From an uncultured delta proteobacterium (GTDB taxonomy: Bacteria > Desulfobacterota > Binatia > Binatales > Binataceae), in NCBI GenBank assembly GCA_963724765.1, contig CAVRVY010000003.1, positions 1,248,001 through 1,312,000 of the forward strand: a stretch of 64,000 nucleotides of DNA. Reading direction: 5' to 3'. Positions 1 through 13,442 of the stretch are shown here, in pieces. Numbering within the stretch: the first letter of the stretch is position 1; each line of letters starts with the position of its first letter. Below the pieces are notes generated by a model, which was not told the origin of the DNA, made no database searches, and worked only from the letters and a program-made list of their open reading frames with translations. The translations under genes and the position numbers were made by a program.

Positions 1-89
1 ATTACGCCGAGGTGGGCTCCCACCACGCCGACCACTACCAGCAGCACGGCGAGTATCGCGTCCAAGATGGAAAGCCAGGCCGGGATCAT
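1..89 (-). CDS. N-terminal fragment of a membrane/secreted protein (runs off the left window edge)
   Basis: Minus-strand AGGAG RBS before ATG at 89; reads MIPAWLSILDAILAVLLVVVGVVGAHLGV..., a hydrophobic N-terminus; not in ORF track because truncated. Confidence 0.65.
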   Translation of the reverse strand, partial: MIPAWLSILDAILAVLLVVVGVVGAHLGV

Positions 90-262
90 CGTCGTTTCTC
101 CTCAGTTGGCCGCAAGTGCGATAAATTGCACCAGCTTATTGATCCGTTACAGCAGTTACTGCGTAAATACAAAACGCGCGCGCATCGCGCCGCTGAAATT
201 GCCCGTCACGTCTCGCTCGGATAGGCTGTAGTCGGAGAGCGCACGGGCCTCTTCTACCAAGC

Positions 263-3799
<3,537 letters not shown>

Positions 3800-3833
3800 T
3801 CCTGCTTTTCCTTAGGCTATTGGGGAGCGCCCG

Positions 3834-5870
3834 TCAGGCGCGACGGCGGCGAATTTCGCACGCACGTGGGAATGCGATCGTGAAGATCGAGCCCTCACCC
3901 TTGCGGCTGGCGGCGGAAATTTGCGCGCCGCCGAGTTCCACGCACTTGCGCGCGAAGGCCAATCCCAGTCCCGCGCCCTCGAAGCGCCGGCTATGGCTGG
4001 CCTGCTCCTGCGAGAAAGGCTCGAACAGCCGCGGCAGATAGTTGTCGTCGATGCCGATGCCGGTATCGCGGACTTCGAGTTTCAAGGTGCCGGTGCTGTC
4101 GCGATCGAGCCCGAGAACGATCTCGCCGCGGTCGGTGAATTTGATTGCGTTCTGGACCAGGTTGCTCAGCGCGCTTTGCAGGCAGTATTCGTCGAAGCGC
4201 ACGGTGGCGTCGGACTCCATGATTTCGAGCCGCAGCTTGAGCCCCTTCTCGTTGGCCAGCACGCTGAGGTCGTTGGCCTGGTCCTCGATGAACGGGGCGA
4301 GCGCGATCGCCGAGGGGTTGAGCGTCAGCGCTCCGGCTTCCATGCGCGAGTAGTCGAGAATCTGCTGGATGGTTTTCAGCAGGCGGCGCCCGGCGCGCCC
4401 GAGCGCCTCGAGGTAGGCGTCCTGGGTATGGTCGCCGATATCGGCCAGGTGCTCACCGACGAGGTCGGTGTATCCCAGGATTACATTGAGCGGCGTGCGA
4501 ATCTCGTGGCTGGTGTTGGCGAGGAAGGTGGATTTAAGGCGCATGGATTCGAGCGCGGAGTCGCGCGCGCTGGCCAGTTCGATATCGGCCGCGCGGCGCT
4601 CGCTGATGTCGCGCAGGACTGTCACCACGCGCGGCCCGACGCCCAGATCGACCATCACCGAGGATAGCAGCGTCGGCACGCTCCTGTCATCGCGAGCGCG
4701 CAGGTCAGCCTCGAAGTTGCTCACCGCCCCGCGCTCGAGCACCTCGCGTCCGAAGCGGCGATAGTCTTCCTGATTCACGAAGAGCGCGAGATCCCGCGGG
4801 TCTTTACCCAGCGCCTGGTCACGGCCGTGACCATAGATGCGGCTAAAGGCGCTGTTAACGTCGACGATTCGGCCGTCGTCCGGGGTCGCAATCACGATCG
4901 CGTCGCGGCTGCTATCGAAGATGCCGCGAAAGCGCCGCTCGCTCTCGCGCAGTTCATCCAGCATCCGCTCGCGCGCCGTTACGTCGCGCGAATTGGCCAC
5001 GATGCGTGGCGCGCCCTTGCCGTCGACGGTGAGGCGGAACTTGCGCTCCAGTACCCGCCAGGTGCCGTCCTTGTGGCGCAGCCGGATGTGGACGATGCGT
5101 TCTTCTGAGCCGCCCTCGGCTATCCGGCGAAGCTCGGCCGCAAGCATCTCACGATCATTCGGTTCGCAGAACTCAAGCACGCTTTTGCCAACGAGTTCTT
5201 CGGCCTTGTAGCCGGCGATTTTTTCGATCGAAGGACTCTCGAAGCGGATCGTGCCGTCGAAATCGAAGACCGTGATCAGATCCGAGGAATCCTCGATGAG
5301 TGAGCGAAAGTAGCGCTCGCTGGCGCGCACCTCGCGCTCGCTCTGGCTCTGTCCGATCGCCAGCCCCAGGATGTTGGCGATCGATTGCAGGAAATTCACC
5401 TCGTCATGGTTGTACTGGCGCGGCTGCCTATCGTGAGCCGCGAGCACGCCGAAGGGCCGGTCGCGGCCGTGAATCACCGCCGTCACGCCGCTACGCACCG
5501 AAGAGCGTTCGGCGACGGCACTGCTCAGGCGCCGCTCGCTGCTGAAGTCGGTCACGATCACGGGAGCGTTGACTAGCAGTGTATAGCCCGCTTGCGAGCG
5601 CGAGCCCCCCTCTGCGACGATGGTGCGCACCACGCCCGCTTCCCATCCGGCGCCGGCCGTGCAAAGCAGGGTCTCGCGATCCGGCTGCAACTCCGCCACG
5701 GTGGCGTAGTCAATCCGCAACGTCTGACGTACCAGCCGAGTAGCTTCGTCGAACAGTTGTGGCAGATCGCTACCAATCAGCGCGCGCTGGCTGAGCGAGG
5801 CTATGACCGACTGCTGAAGGGCGTAGTCGTCGCGCGCATTGCTGATTTCTTTTAATTCGTCGTCGACCAT
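3834..5870 (-). CDS. GAF-PAS-PAS sensor histidine kinase
   Basis: H-box ANTSHEIRTPLN, N-box NLVQNAIKFT, G1 DTGIGI, F-box LFEPF, G2 GAGLGL; two PAS/PAC repeats and N-terminal GAF; no receiver domain. Confidence 0.92.
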   Translation of the reverse strand: MVDDELKEISNARDDYALQQSVIASLSQRALIGSDLPQLFDEATRLVRQTLRIDYATVAELQPDRETLLCTAGAGWEAGVVRTIVAEGGSRSQAGYTLLVNAPVIVTDFSSERRLSSAVAERSSVRSGVTAVIHGRDRPFGVLAAHDRQPRQYNHDEVNFLQSIANILGLAIGQSQSEREVRASERYFRSLIEDSSDLITVFDFDGTIRFESPSIEKIAGYKAEELVGKSVLEFCEPNDREMLAAELRRIAEGGSEERIVHIRLRHKDGTWRVLERKFRLTVDGKGAPRIVANSRDVTARERMLDELRESERRFRGIFDSSRDAIVIATPDDGRIVDVNSAFSRIYGHGRDQALGKDPRDLALFVNQEDYRRFGREVLERGAVSNFEADLRARDDRSVPTLLSSVMVDLGVGPRVVTVLRDISERRAADIELASARDSALESMRLKSTFLANTSHEIRTPLNVILGYTDLVGEHLADIGDHTQDAYLEALGRAGRRLLKTIQQILDYSRMEAGALTLNPSAIALAPFIEDQANDLSVLANEKGLKLRLEIMESDATVRFDEYCLQSALSNLVQNAIKFTDRGEIVLGLDRDSTGTLKLEVRDTGIGIDDNYLPRLFEPFSQEQASHSRRFEGAGLGLAFARKCVELGGAQISAASRKGEGSIFTIAFPRACEIRRRRA

Positions 5871-6092
5871 CGCCGCCTACACCGCGCGCAATGATCAATG
5901 GCAAAGAGAGCAATCAGGACCGACGACGTGAGCCGCGTGGTCATCGCACGTTTTGTTGTTCCCTACGTTACTCTCTAATGGTTACTAAGCCAAGCGCTAT
6001 CTGTCCTGGCTTTGCCCTTCAGCAGGGACACGTATCACTCCGCGCCACCGAGTCCTGTTAGTGCGGCGAAGACGTCGCCTTTCGCCTCCGGC

Positions 6093-6130
6093 TTGACGGT
6101 CGCGCGAGCCGGATGATAATAATTATCATC
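6093..6130 (+). promoter_or_regulatory. Fur/PerR-family operator overlapping the rubrerythrin promoter
   Basis: Perfect 9-1-9 palindrome GATGATAAT-A-ATTATCATC at 6112-6130 containing the 7-1-7 Fur core TGATAATnATTATCA; TTGACG at 6093-6098 and GATAAT at 6115-6120. Confidence 0.8.
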
Positions 6131-6288
6131 TGGCAGGCAGGGCAAAATCGCTTCGCTGGAGGGCCGCCGGCAATCCGGGCGGCCGGAGGGCGGGCGCTCG
6201 AGCCGCCGTGCAAGCTTGTTGCGGCGCCGCGCCGCCGAGGTTGCGCTGCCGGTCATTAACCACAAATACGCTCAGGGAGAGGGCAACG

Positions 6289-6705
6289 ATGAAGAGTCTG
6301 AAGGGAACCAAGACACACGCCAACCTTAAGGATGCTTTTGCCGGCGAAAGCCAGGCCAACCGGCGCTACCTGTACTTCGCCAAGATCGCCGACGTTGAGG
6401 GCCAGCCCGAGATCGCGGGGCTTTTCCGCGACACCGCCGAGGGCGAGACCGGACACGCGCACGGCCATCTCGATTATCTCAAACAGGTTGGCGACCCGGC
6501 CACCGACCAGCCGATCGGCGACAGCATGCTCAATCTGAAGTCGGCCGTCCACGGCGAGACCTACGAGTACACGAACATGTACCCAGGGATGGCGAAGGTT
6601 GCCCGCGAAGAGGGCTTCGAGGAGATCGCCGACTGGTTCGAGACCCTGGCCAAGGCCGAGAAGTCGCACGCCGGGCGCTTTCAGAAAGCCAGCACGACGC
6701 TGTAG
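6289..6705 (+). CDS. rbr: Rubrerythrin (short, rubredoxin-less)
   Basis: [27 protein letters not shown]...ETGHAHGH...[10 protein letters not shown]...EKSH diiron motifs; GGGAGAGG RBS; true start 6289 within ORF 6208-6705. Confidence 0.95.
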   Translation: MKSLKGTKTHANLKDAFAGESQANRRYLYFAKIADVEGQPEIAGLFRDTAEGETGHAHGHLDYLKQVGDPATDQPIGDSMLNLKSAVHGETYEYTNMYPGMAKVAREEGFEEIADWFETLAKAEKSHAGRFQKASTTL

Positions 6706-6903
6706 CGGCGGGCTGCATCATGGGCGCCGTGCGCGCGCGGGTGCGCCGGCGCCCTTCGCGTCAATCAGGAACCCGGCCTGCCTGACACCATTAGGCGCCT
6801 GGTGGGCCGGCGTTCGTACTCGCATTGCCATCGCCGTCTGACGGTAATGTCTGGCCGTAGCCTCGATGGGCCGCCCGAGATTGGCCTAATGAGAGCCGCT
6901 TAA

Positions 6904-8250
6904 ATGGACCGCATCCAGTCGCGACCTACCGACGCTCTTTCGTACAACCCAAACGAGCCCAAGTACTGGGAGCGCGCGGCGCTCGACAAGGAACTCGAGC
7001 GCGTCTTCGACATCTGCGCGGGCTGCCGGCTGTGCTTCAACCTGTGCCCCTCGTTCCCGGAACTGTTCGGGGCGCTCGACAGCAGTGACGGCGACGTGCG
7101 CAGCCTGAGCGCGGCGCAAAACCAGCGCGTGATCGATCTGTGTTACGGCTGCAAGCTGTGCGAGGTGCGATGCCCGTACACACCGCATGACGGTCACGAG
7201 TTCCAGCTCGACTTCCCGCGCCTGATGCTGCGGGCGCGCGCGGTCGAGGCCCGCGAGCGTGGCCTCGGCATGCGCGAGAAGATGCTCGGCAATCCGGACC
7301 GTCTGGGTAAGCTCGGCAGCGCGGTTCCGAAGCTCGCCAACTGGGCCTGCCGCAGCCCCTTTCAGCGCGTCATGATGGAAAAGATGCTCGGCATTTCGCG
7401 CGCCAAGCAACTGCCCGAGTTCGCCGGCGAAACCTTCGAGGCGTGGCTCGCGCGCACGGGAATTCCGGCTGCGCCCGCCGAGCCGGCGGCCAAGGTCGCG
7501 ATCTTCCATACCTGCTTCGTCAACTACTACAACCCGGCGCCCGGACGCGCGCTGGTTTCAGTGCTCGCGCGTAATCGATGCGCGATCGCGTCGCCGGCGC
7601 AGAACTGCTGCGGAATGCCGGCGCTGGACGGCGGCGACGTCGCCTTTGCGCAAAAGCTCGCGCGCGCCAATCTGGCCTCGATGCTGCCGCTGGTACGCCA
7701 GGGCTACCGCGTCGCCGCCATCAATCCAACCTGCTCGCTGATGATGCGCAAGGAATACCCCGACCTGCTCGACACCGTCGAGGCTCGCGAGCTGGCCGCC
7801 GCCGTTGCCGACCCGCACGAGTTGCTCTATGCGCTCCGGCGCGAGGGCAAATTCGACCGCGAATTTCGCACCACTCCGGGCAAGGTCGCGTATCACGTCC
7901 CGTGCCATCTCAAGGCCCAGAACGTCGGGTTGCGTTCGCGCGATCTCATCCGATCGATCCCGGGCGCGGAGGTCGTGACGGTGGACGCTTGCACGGCGCA
8001 CGACGGCACCTGGGCGATGAAAAAAGAGTTCTTCGAGCTGTCGATGAAGTGGGGCGCAAAGGCGTTCGCGGGAATGAAGGACGCCGAGGCGCAGGTGTTG
8101 GCCACCGACTGTCCGCTGGCCGCGATCCAGATCGAGCAGGCCATCGGCGTGCGTCCGCTCAACCCGGTCGAAATTCTGGCGCGCGCTTACGAGGCCGACG
8201 GCTTCGCCGCTCCCGTGCCGTCGCCGGAGCCGCCCGGCGCCGAGGAGTGA
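6904..8250 (+). CDS. Rubrerythrin-associated Fe-S oxidoreductase (GlpC/HdrD-like, CCG domains)
   Basis: Two CxxCxxCxxxCP ferredoxin motifs, CCGMP and HVPCH cysteine-rich domains; position between rbr and DUF3501. Confidence 0.9.
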   Translation: MDRIQSRPTDALSYNPNEPKYWERAALDKELERVFDICAGCRLCFNLCPSFPELFGALDSSDGDVRSLSAAQNQRVIDLCYGCKLCEVRCPYTPHDGHEFQLDFPRLMLRARAVEARERGLGMREKMLGNPDRLGKLGSAVPKLANWACRSPFQRVMMEKMLGISRAKQLPEFAGETFEAWLARTGIPAAPAEPAAKVAIFHTCFVNYYNPAPGRALVSVLARNRCAIASPAQNCCGMPALDGGDVAFAQKLARANLASMLPLVRQGYRVAAINPTCSLMMRKEYPDLLDTVEARELAAAVADPHELLYALRREGKFDREFRTTPGKVAYHVPCHLKAQNVGLRSRDLIRSIPGAEVVTVDACTAHDGTWAMKKEFFELSMKWGAKAFAGMKDAEAQVLATDCPLAAIQIEQAIGVRPLNPVEILARAYEADGFAAPVPSPEPPGAEE

Positions 8251-8255
8251 AAGCC

Positions 8256-8840
8256 GTGAAACCTATAACTCCAACTGAAGTGCTGCCGCTGACGACCTAC
8301 GATCGCGTGCGCGCGTTGCTGCGCCCGCTGTGTATCGCCGAGAAGGCGCGCCGTCGCCTCGCCGTTGGCCCGCATCTCACACTGATGTTCGAGAACCGCC
8401 AGACCGTCTGGTATCAAATCCAGGAAATCCTACGCACCGAGCGTATTTTCGAGGACGCCGCGATCAACGCCGAGGTCGAGACCTACAACGAACTTCTCCC
8501 GCGCCCGGGCGAACTCTTCGCCACCCTGCTCGTGGAGTATGCAGACCCGGCCGAGCGCGATGTCGAACTTGCCCGCCTGGTAGGCCTAGAGCGCCATCTG
8601 TGGATGGTTCTTGATGGGCGGCGCGTCGGCGCGCGCTTCGATGAACGCCAGATGTCGCCCGACCAGATAAGCGCGGTCCAGTTCATCGCTTTTCCGCTGG
8701 GCGTGGACGCCGGCAGTTTTGGAGAACTGGCGGCCGCCGGCAAGGTCGCGGTCGAAGTCGACCACCCGCATCTCTCCCTGCGCACTCCCATCGAAGGCCT
8801 GCTCGCGGCGGCGCTGACCGATGATCTCCGTCCCGATTAG
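8256..8840 (+). CDS. DUF3501 family protein
   Basis: GTG at 8256 after GAGGAG; RRLAVGPHLTLMFENRQTVWYQIQE...YNELLP...SAVQF motifs; third gene of the known rbr-oxidoreductase-DUF3501 cluster. Confidence 0.88.
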   Translation: MKPITPTEVLPLTTYDRVRALLRPLCIAEKARRRLAVGPHLTLMFENRQTVWYQIQEILRTERIFEDAAINAEVETYNELLPRPGELFATLLVEYADPAERDVELARLVGLERHLWMVLDGRRVGARFDERQMSPDQISAVQFIAFPLGVDAGSFGELAAAGKVAVEVDHPHLSLRTPIEGLLAAALTDDLRPD

Positions 8841-9157
8841 GGCTCGGGTTGCTTCTCGCCCAGCAGCCGATCAAATCCAGTAGATTTGCAATCCAGTCAG
8901 GTTTGTCCCTAAGAAGGCGCCGTCTGGTGAAGGACCACGCTGCTGGTTGCTCAATTGCGTCAAATAATAGCTTAGGCTACACTGGAACGTCTTATGGATG
9001 TCTAAACCGTGTATCCGTGGGTCGAAGGCTACACGGGCTCTTGCTACACAGCGCGCAGTTATGCGGAGTATAAAGGCCCTGAGGAAAATGTCCTTATTCC
9101 GCAGAGTTGTCGTTCTTTTACCTGAACCGAGCATCGTTGGCGGTTGAATTAATCTTG

Positions 9158-11047
9158 ATGACCGCTATCACCGAGAAGCTTGCCATCTCCGCCGCAACGG
9201 CCTTCGGTCTGGTCGTCGCATTAACTCCTACGGCCAAAGCGCTCGCCCTGCGCTTGAGCATTGTCGCACCGCCTAGCGAGGAGTCGGGCCATCCAGAACC
9301 GACGCCAGTGCTCGGCGGCGTTGCGATTGTGGTCGCCGTAATCGCGGCGCTCGGCCTGGTGGGCGAGTTGCCATCATGGACGCTGGCCGGGATGCTGGCG
9401 TTGCTGGCGGTCGGCGTGCTGGACGACGCGGTCGCGTTGACGCCGATGCACAAGTTGCTCGCGCAGATCGCGGTGGTCGCGTTTTTCCTGTGGGCTGCGC
9501 CAGCCGCGCCCGAGGTCACGCGCTGGCCGCTGCTCAACCTGGGGTTGGCGGGCTTCTGGATGATCGCCGTGATCAACGCCTTCAACCTGGTTGATGGGCT
9601 CGACGGACTGGCGGCCGGGGTTGGAATTGCCGCGATGGGGGCGGTTGGCGTCGTCGCGTGGTGGTCGCGTGACGTGGCGCTGGCATGTGCGGCGTTGGCG
9701 ACCGGGGCGGCGCTGGGCGGCTTTTTGCTGTTCAACTTTTATCCGGCCTCGATTTTCATGGGCGACAGCGGCGCGCTGCCGATGGGCTTCCTGCTGGGGG
9801 CGTTGACGCTGCAAGGGGCCGCGTTGCAGCGGAATTCGCACCTTTCGAGTGCGGTCTTCCCGGTGTTGGTGATGCTGGTGCCGCTGCTCGACACCGCCAT
9901 CGTGACGGTGTCGCGGCTGGCCACGGGAAATCCGATTTCGCGCCGCGGCCTGGACCATTCGCACCATCGCCTGCTGATGCTGGGGCTGACCGTACCGCGC
10001 GCGGTGGCTGTTAGCTGGACTCTGGCGGCAACCGGCGCGCTGCTGGCGGCGGGTGCGAGCCTGCTGTCGCATGTTTATTTGCTCAGCGCGTTGCCCTTCA
10101 TGATCGGGGGAATCGGCGTGATCGGGCTGTTCATGGTCGATCTGACTTTCGAGGACCGCGCCCCGGGCATGGCCTACGGCTATTTGCAGGGCCTTGCGCG
10201 CTACATCCTGAGCCTCTGTTACAAGCGCCGGCTGGCGGAGGCGGTGCTCGACTTTGCGCTGATTCCGGCGGCCTACTTTGGCGCTTGCCTTCTGCGCCGC
10301 GATTTCAAACTCACCGACCCGCTGATCCTCTCGATGATGGGGAGCACGCCGGTATTTTTCGCTGCTACCTACGCAGCCTTCGCGCTGACCGGTGTCTATC
10401 GCGGCATCTGGCGTTATGCCGGCATCGCCGACATAATTCGCTTCGCCAACGGCTCGCTGCTGGCCGGCGTCCTGGTCGCGATCGCCTCACTGTTCATACG
10501 GCTTGAAGTCTCAGGATCGGTCGCCGTCCTGTACGTGGTACTGCTGTTCAACTTGCTGGTGTTCACGCGAATGTCGTTTCAAGTCCAGCGCCGCGCGCTC
10601 GCGCTGTTTGCGCTGCCAACCGAGCGCGTGCTGGTCGTGGGAGCGGGACGGATGGGCGAGGCAGCGGTGCGCTACATCTTCTCGGGCAACGACCGACGGG
10701 TGCGGCTCATCGGGTTCGTCGACGACGACGTGTTCAAGGAGGGCAAGCTGGTCCACGGCCATCAGGTGCTAGGATCGCTCGATGATCTGCAGCGGATCCA
10801 CACCGCGACCGGGTTCCACCGGATTCTTATCGCCGCCGACGCCATCAGCGAAGACCGCCTCGCGATGGTCAAGGCCTTCTCCGACGCCCATCATCTGCCA
10901 CTGCAGCGCTTCTCGATAGAAGTCAACGAATTCGTACCCGCCATCGCCAACGAAAATGGCAATGGCAAAGACGAAGGCAGAAACGAAGGCAAAAACGCGC
11001 TCGCGCAAGCTCCGTCGCCGGCTGCGGTACGACCGTCGGTCGCCTGA
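9158..11047 (+). CDS. WecA/MraY-like polyprenyl-phosphate sugar-1-phosphate transferase fused to a CapD-N-like membrane + Rossmann module
   Basis: GVLDD, NAFNLVDGLDGLA, IFMGDSG, DHSHHRL motifs; C-terminal GVYRGIWRY and VLVVGAG..G...GFVDDD. Confidence 0.85.
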   Translation: MTAITEKLAISAATAFGLVVALTPTAKALALRLSIVAPPSEESGHPEPTPVLGGVAIVVAVIAALGLVGELPSWTLAGMLALLAVGVLDDAVALTPMHKLLAQIAVVAFFLWAAPAAPEVTRWPLLNLGLAGFWMIAVINAFNLVDGLDGLAAGVGIAAMGAVGVVAWWSRDVALACAALATGAALGGFLLFNFYPASIFMGDSGALPMGFLLGALTLQGAALQRNSHLSSAVFPVLVMLVPLLDTAIVTVSRLATGNPISRRGLDHSHHRLLMLGLTVPRAVAVSWTLAATGALLAAGASLLSHVYLLSALPFMIGGIGVIGLFMVDLTFEDRAPGMAYGYLQGLARYILSLCYKRRLAEAVLDFALIPAAYFGACLLRRDFKLTDPLILSMMGSTPVFFAATYAAFALTGVYRGIWRYAGIADIIRFANGSLLAGVLVAIASLFIRLEVSGSVAVLYVVLLFNLLVFTRMSFQVQRRALALFALPTERVLVVGAGRMGEAAVRYIFSGNDRRVRLIGFVDDDVFKEGKLVHGHQVLGSLDDLQRIHTATGFHRILIAADAISEDRLAMVKAFSDAHHLPLQRFSIEVNEFVPAIANENGNGKDEGRNEGKNALAQAPSPAAVRPSVA

Positions 11048-11229
11048 GGAGCACTGGCTGGCGCTGGACGCATCCGGGCAGGCCGGTTGGAAGGCCTGCA
11101 AGTATAGAGATGCTAGTGTGTTTTGTCATCTTCTGGCATTGTAGTTGTGGCGAAGGTGCTGAGCATGGCGTCTAGGCGTTTGAGGGAGCGTCAAGACGGG
11201 CGGCTGAAGAGGGAGATGCGAAGAGGTCT

Positions 11230-11592
11230 ATGAGTCGCGCACGGAAGCCAGTCAAGATTGTGCCCAAAGGATGGGGGCGCGAAGTATGGATCGTCAATGG
11301 CGAGCTCTACTGCGGCAAGATCCTCGAAATTAACAAGGGCAAGCGCTGCTCCCTGCATTTTCACAAAATCAAGAACGAATCGTTTTACCTGCGCGCGGGC
11401 CGGCTTAAGGTCCGGGTCAAGGAATCACCCGATTCCGAGGTTATCGAGGAGTTCGAACTCGCTGCCGGCGAGTGCATGGACATTCCGCTGGGGCTGGTGC
11501 ACCAGATGGAAGCGCTGGAGGACGCCGAACTGTACGAGTTCTCCACCCAGCACTTCGACAGCGACTCGCATCGTCTCGTCCCCGGCGATTAA
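11230..11592 (+). CDS. Cupin, mannose-6-phosphate isomerase-like
   Basis: VPKGWGREVWI, CSLHFHKIKNESFY, HQMEA cupin motifs; GAGG RBS; upstream of gmd. Confidence 0.85.
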   Translation: MSRARKPVKIVPKGWGREVWIVNGELYCGKILEINKGKRCSLHFHKIKNESFYLRAGRLKVRVKESPDSEVIEEFELAAGECMDIPLGLVHQMEALEDAELYEFSTQHFDSDSHRLVPGD

Positions 11593-11613
11593 ACGGGCGG
11601 GACACGGAATAAT

Positions 11614-12630
11614 ATGGCCAAGGTTGCATTGATAACCGGGGTTACCGGGCAGGACGGCTCGTACCTCGCGGAATTTCTCATCAAACAGGGTTACGAGGTG
11701 CACGGCGTGGTGCGACGGACCTCGAGCTTCGCCACCGGGCGCATCGACCACATGCGCAAGGGCTTCGGTCCGGGTCCCTCGCCGCTGCAACTGCACTACG
11801 GTGACCTGGGCGATGGCACCGGAATGCGCGCGATTATCGAGCAGGTGCGCCCCGACGAGGTATACAATCTCGCCGCGCAGTCGCACGTGCGCATCTCCTT
11901 CGATCAGCCCGAATACACCGCGGACGTGGTCGGCCTGGGCGCGCTGCGCCTGTTGGAAGCGCTACGCGATCACAACAAGCGCCACGGCCGCGCAGCGCGC
12001 TACTACCAGGCGGGGTCGTCAGAGATGTTCGGGCGGGTCGCCGAAGTACCGCAGCGCGAGACCACGCCGTTCCATCCGCGCAGCCCCTACGCCTGCGCCA
12101 AGGTCTATGCCCACTGGCAAACGATCAATTACCGCGAGGCCTACGGGCTGTTCGCCGCCAACGGCATCCTGTTCAACCACGAATCGCCGCGCCGCGGCGA
12201 GAACTTCGTCACCCGCAAAATCACCCGCAGCGCCACCCGCATCAAGCTCGGCATGCAGGAAAAGCTTGCGTTGGGCAACCTCGACGCGCGCCGCGACTGG
12301 GGCTTTGCCGGCGACTACGTCGAAGCAATGTGGATGATGTTGCAGCAGGAGAAGCCGGACGACTATGTGATCGCCACCGGCGAAACCCATTCGGTGCAGG
12401 ATTTTCTCGAGCGCGTGTTCGAGTTGCTCAAGCTCGATTGGCACAAGTACGTCCAGTCCGATCCGCGCTACCTGCGGCCGGCCGAGGTCGACCTCCTACA
12501 GGGCGATAGCTCCAAGGCGCGGCGCCTCCTGGGATGGCAACCGCGGGTCACTTTCGAACAGCTGGTCGAGATGATGGTCGAGGCCGACCTCGAGTTGGCT
12601 GAGAGCGAGAAGCGCAGCCGCGGGCGCTGA
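11614..12630 (+). CDS. gmd: GDP-mannose 4,6-dehydratase
   Basis: [62 protein letters not shown]. Confidence 0.97.
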   Translation: MAKVALITGVTGQDGSYLAEFLIKQGYEVHGVVRRTSSFATGRIDHMRKGFGPGPSPLQLHYGDLGDGTGMRAIIEQVRPDEVYNLAAQSHVRISFDQPEYTADVVGLGALRLLEALRDHNKRHGRAARYYQAGSSEMFGRVAEVPQRETTPFHPRSPYACAKVYAHWQTINYREAYGLFAANGILFNHESPRRGENFVTRKITRSATRIKLGMQEKLALGNLDARRDWGFAGDYVEAMWMMLQQEKPDDYVIATGETHSVQDFLERVFELLKLDWHKYVQSDPRYLRPAEVDLLQGDSSKARRLLGWQPRVTFEQLVEMMVEADLELAESEKRSRGR

Positions 12631-12863
12631 CGCGCGGCACCAGCAGACCTTCCGGATCTTCCCGGTCCTCCGCGAAGCGACCGATCCGGTCCCGCGTTCC
12701 GCCATTCCCGCTCCCTTGGGATTTGAGTTGCGCCAGCGTCCCTGGGCTTTTCTTTTCCAATCAGCGAGAATGCCGCGATTGCAAATCGATTGGCCTTGCC
12801 CTCGAAGGCCATTTCGCGAAAGATGAATCGAAACGTGACAGACATTTGAGCGGGACCTTCGAT

Positions 12864-13442
12864 ATGGATCAGCGGCGACGCAGATTTTCGGCTTTCATGG
12901 TGCGCGGCGGTATCGCGCGCCATTCGCTCAACGACGAGAGCGCGGCCTTTCCCGAGAGCTTCGCGCTCACCCGGCTGCATGACGCCGTGCAGTGGGCGCG
13001 CAAGTATTCCTTTTTCAGCTATCCGTTCGTCACCGCCTGCTGCGGGATGGAATATTTTTCGGTTGCCGGCCCGCGCTACGATATCGATCGCTTCGGCGCC
13101 GCGCTGCCGCGCTTCACTCCGCGCCAGGCTGACCTGCTGTTCGTGGTCGGCACCATCACCCAGCGCCAGGCGCCCATCCTGCGCCGCGTGTGGGAGCAGA
13201 TGGCGGAGCCGAAATGGGTGGTGTCGTTCGGCGCTTGCACCAGCTCAGGCGGTCCCTATGACAACTACGCGGTGCTCCAGGGCATCGACCGCATCATCCC
13301 AGTCGACATTTATATTCCCGGATGCCCGCCGCGTCCCGAGGCTGTGCTCGACGGACTGATCAAGCTGCAGTACCGCGTCCAGAACGAACGTCAGCCACAA
13401 TTGTGGGAAAGGCTCCATGGCAGCGGACGCAAGCTCGACTAA
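12864..13442 (+). CDS. nuoB: NADH-quinone oxidoreductase subunit B
   Basis: TACCGME, TPRQAD, FGACTSSGG, IPGCPPRPE (N2 cluster ligands); start approximate. Confidence 0.93.
   Translation: MDQRRRRFSAFMVRGGIARHSLNDESAAFPESFALTRLHDAVQWARKYSFFSYPFVTACCGMEYFSVAGPRYDIDRFGAALPRFTPRQADLLFVVGTITQRQAPILRRVWEQMAEPKWVVSFGACTSSGGPYDNYAVLQGIDRIIPVDIYIPGCPPRPEAVLDGLIKLQYRVQNERQPQLWERLHGSGRKLD

Noticed and set aside
90-262. SAM/SAH/cobalamin riboswitch upstream of metH
   Set aside because: No conserved core of these riboswitch families was recognisable; the region is short and shared with a divergent gene. A cmscan would settle it
8849-9134. Short ORFs in the AT-richer gap before the WecA-like gene
   Set aside because: No RBS or motifs; more likely promoter DNA
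11132-11146. Sigma54-like TGGCATTGTAGTTGT upstream of the cupin
   Set aside because: Has GT rather than the invariant GC at -12
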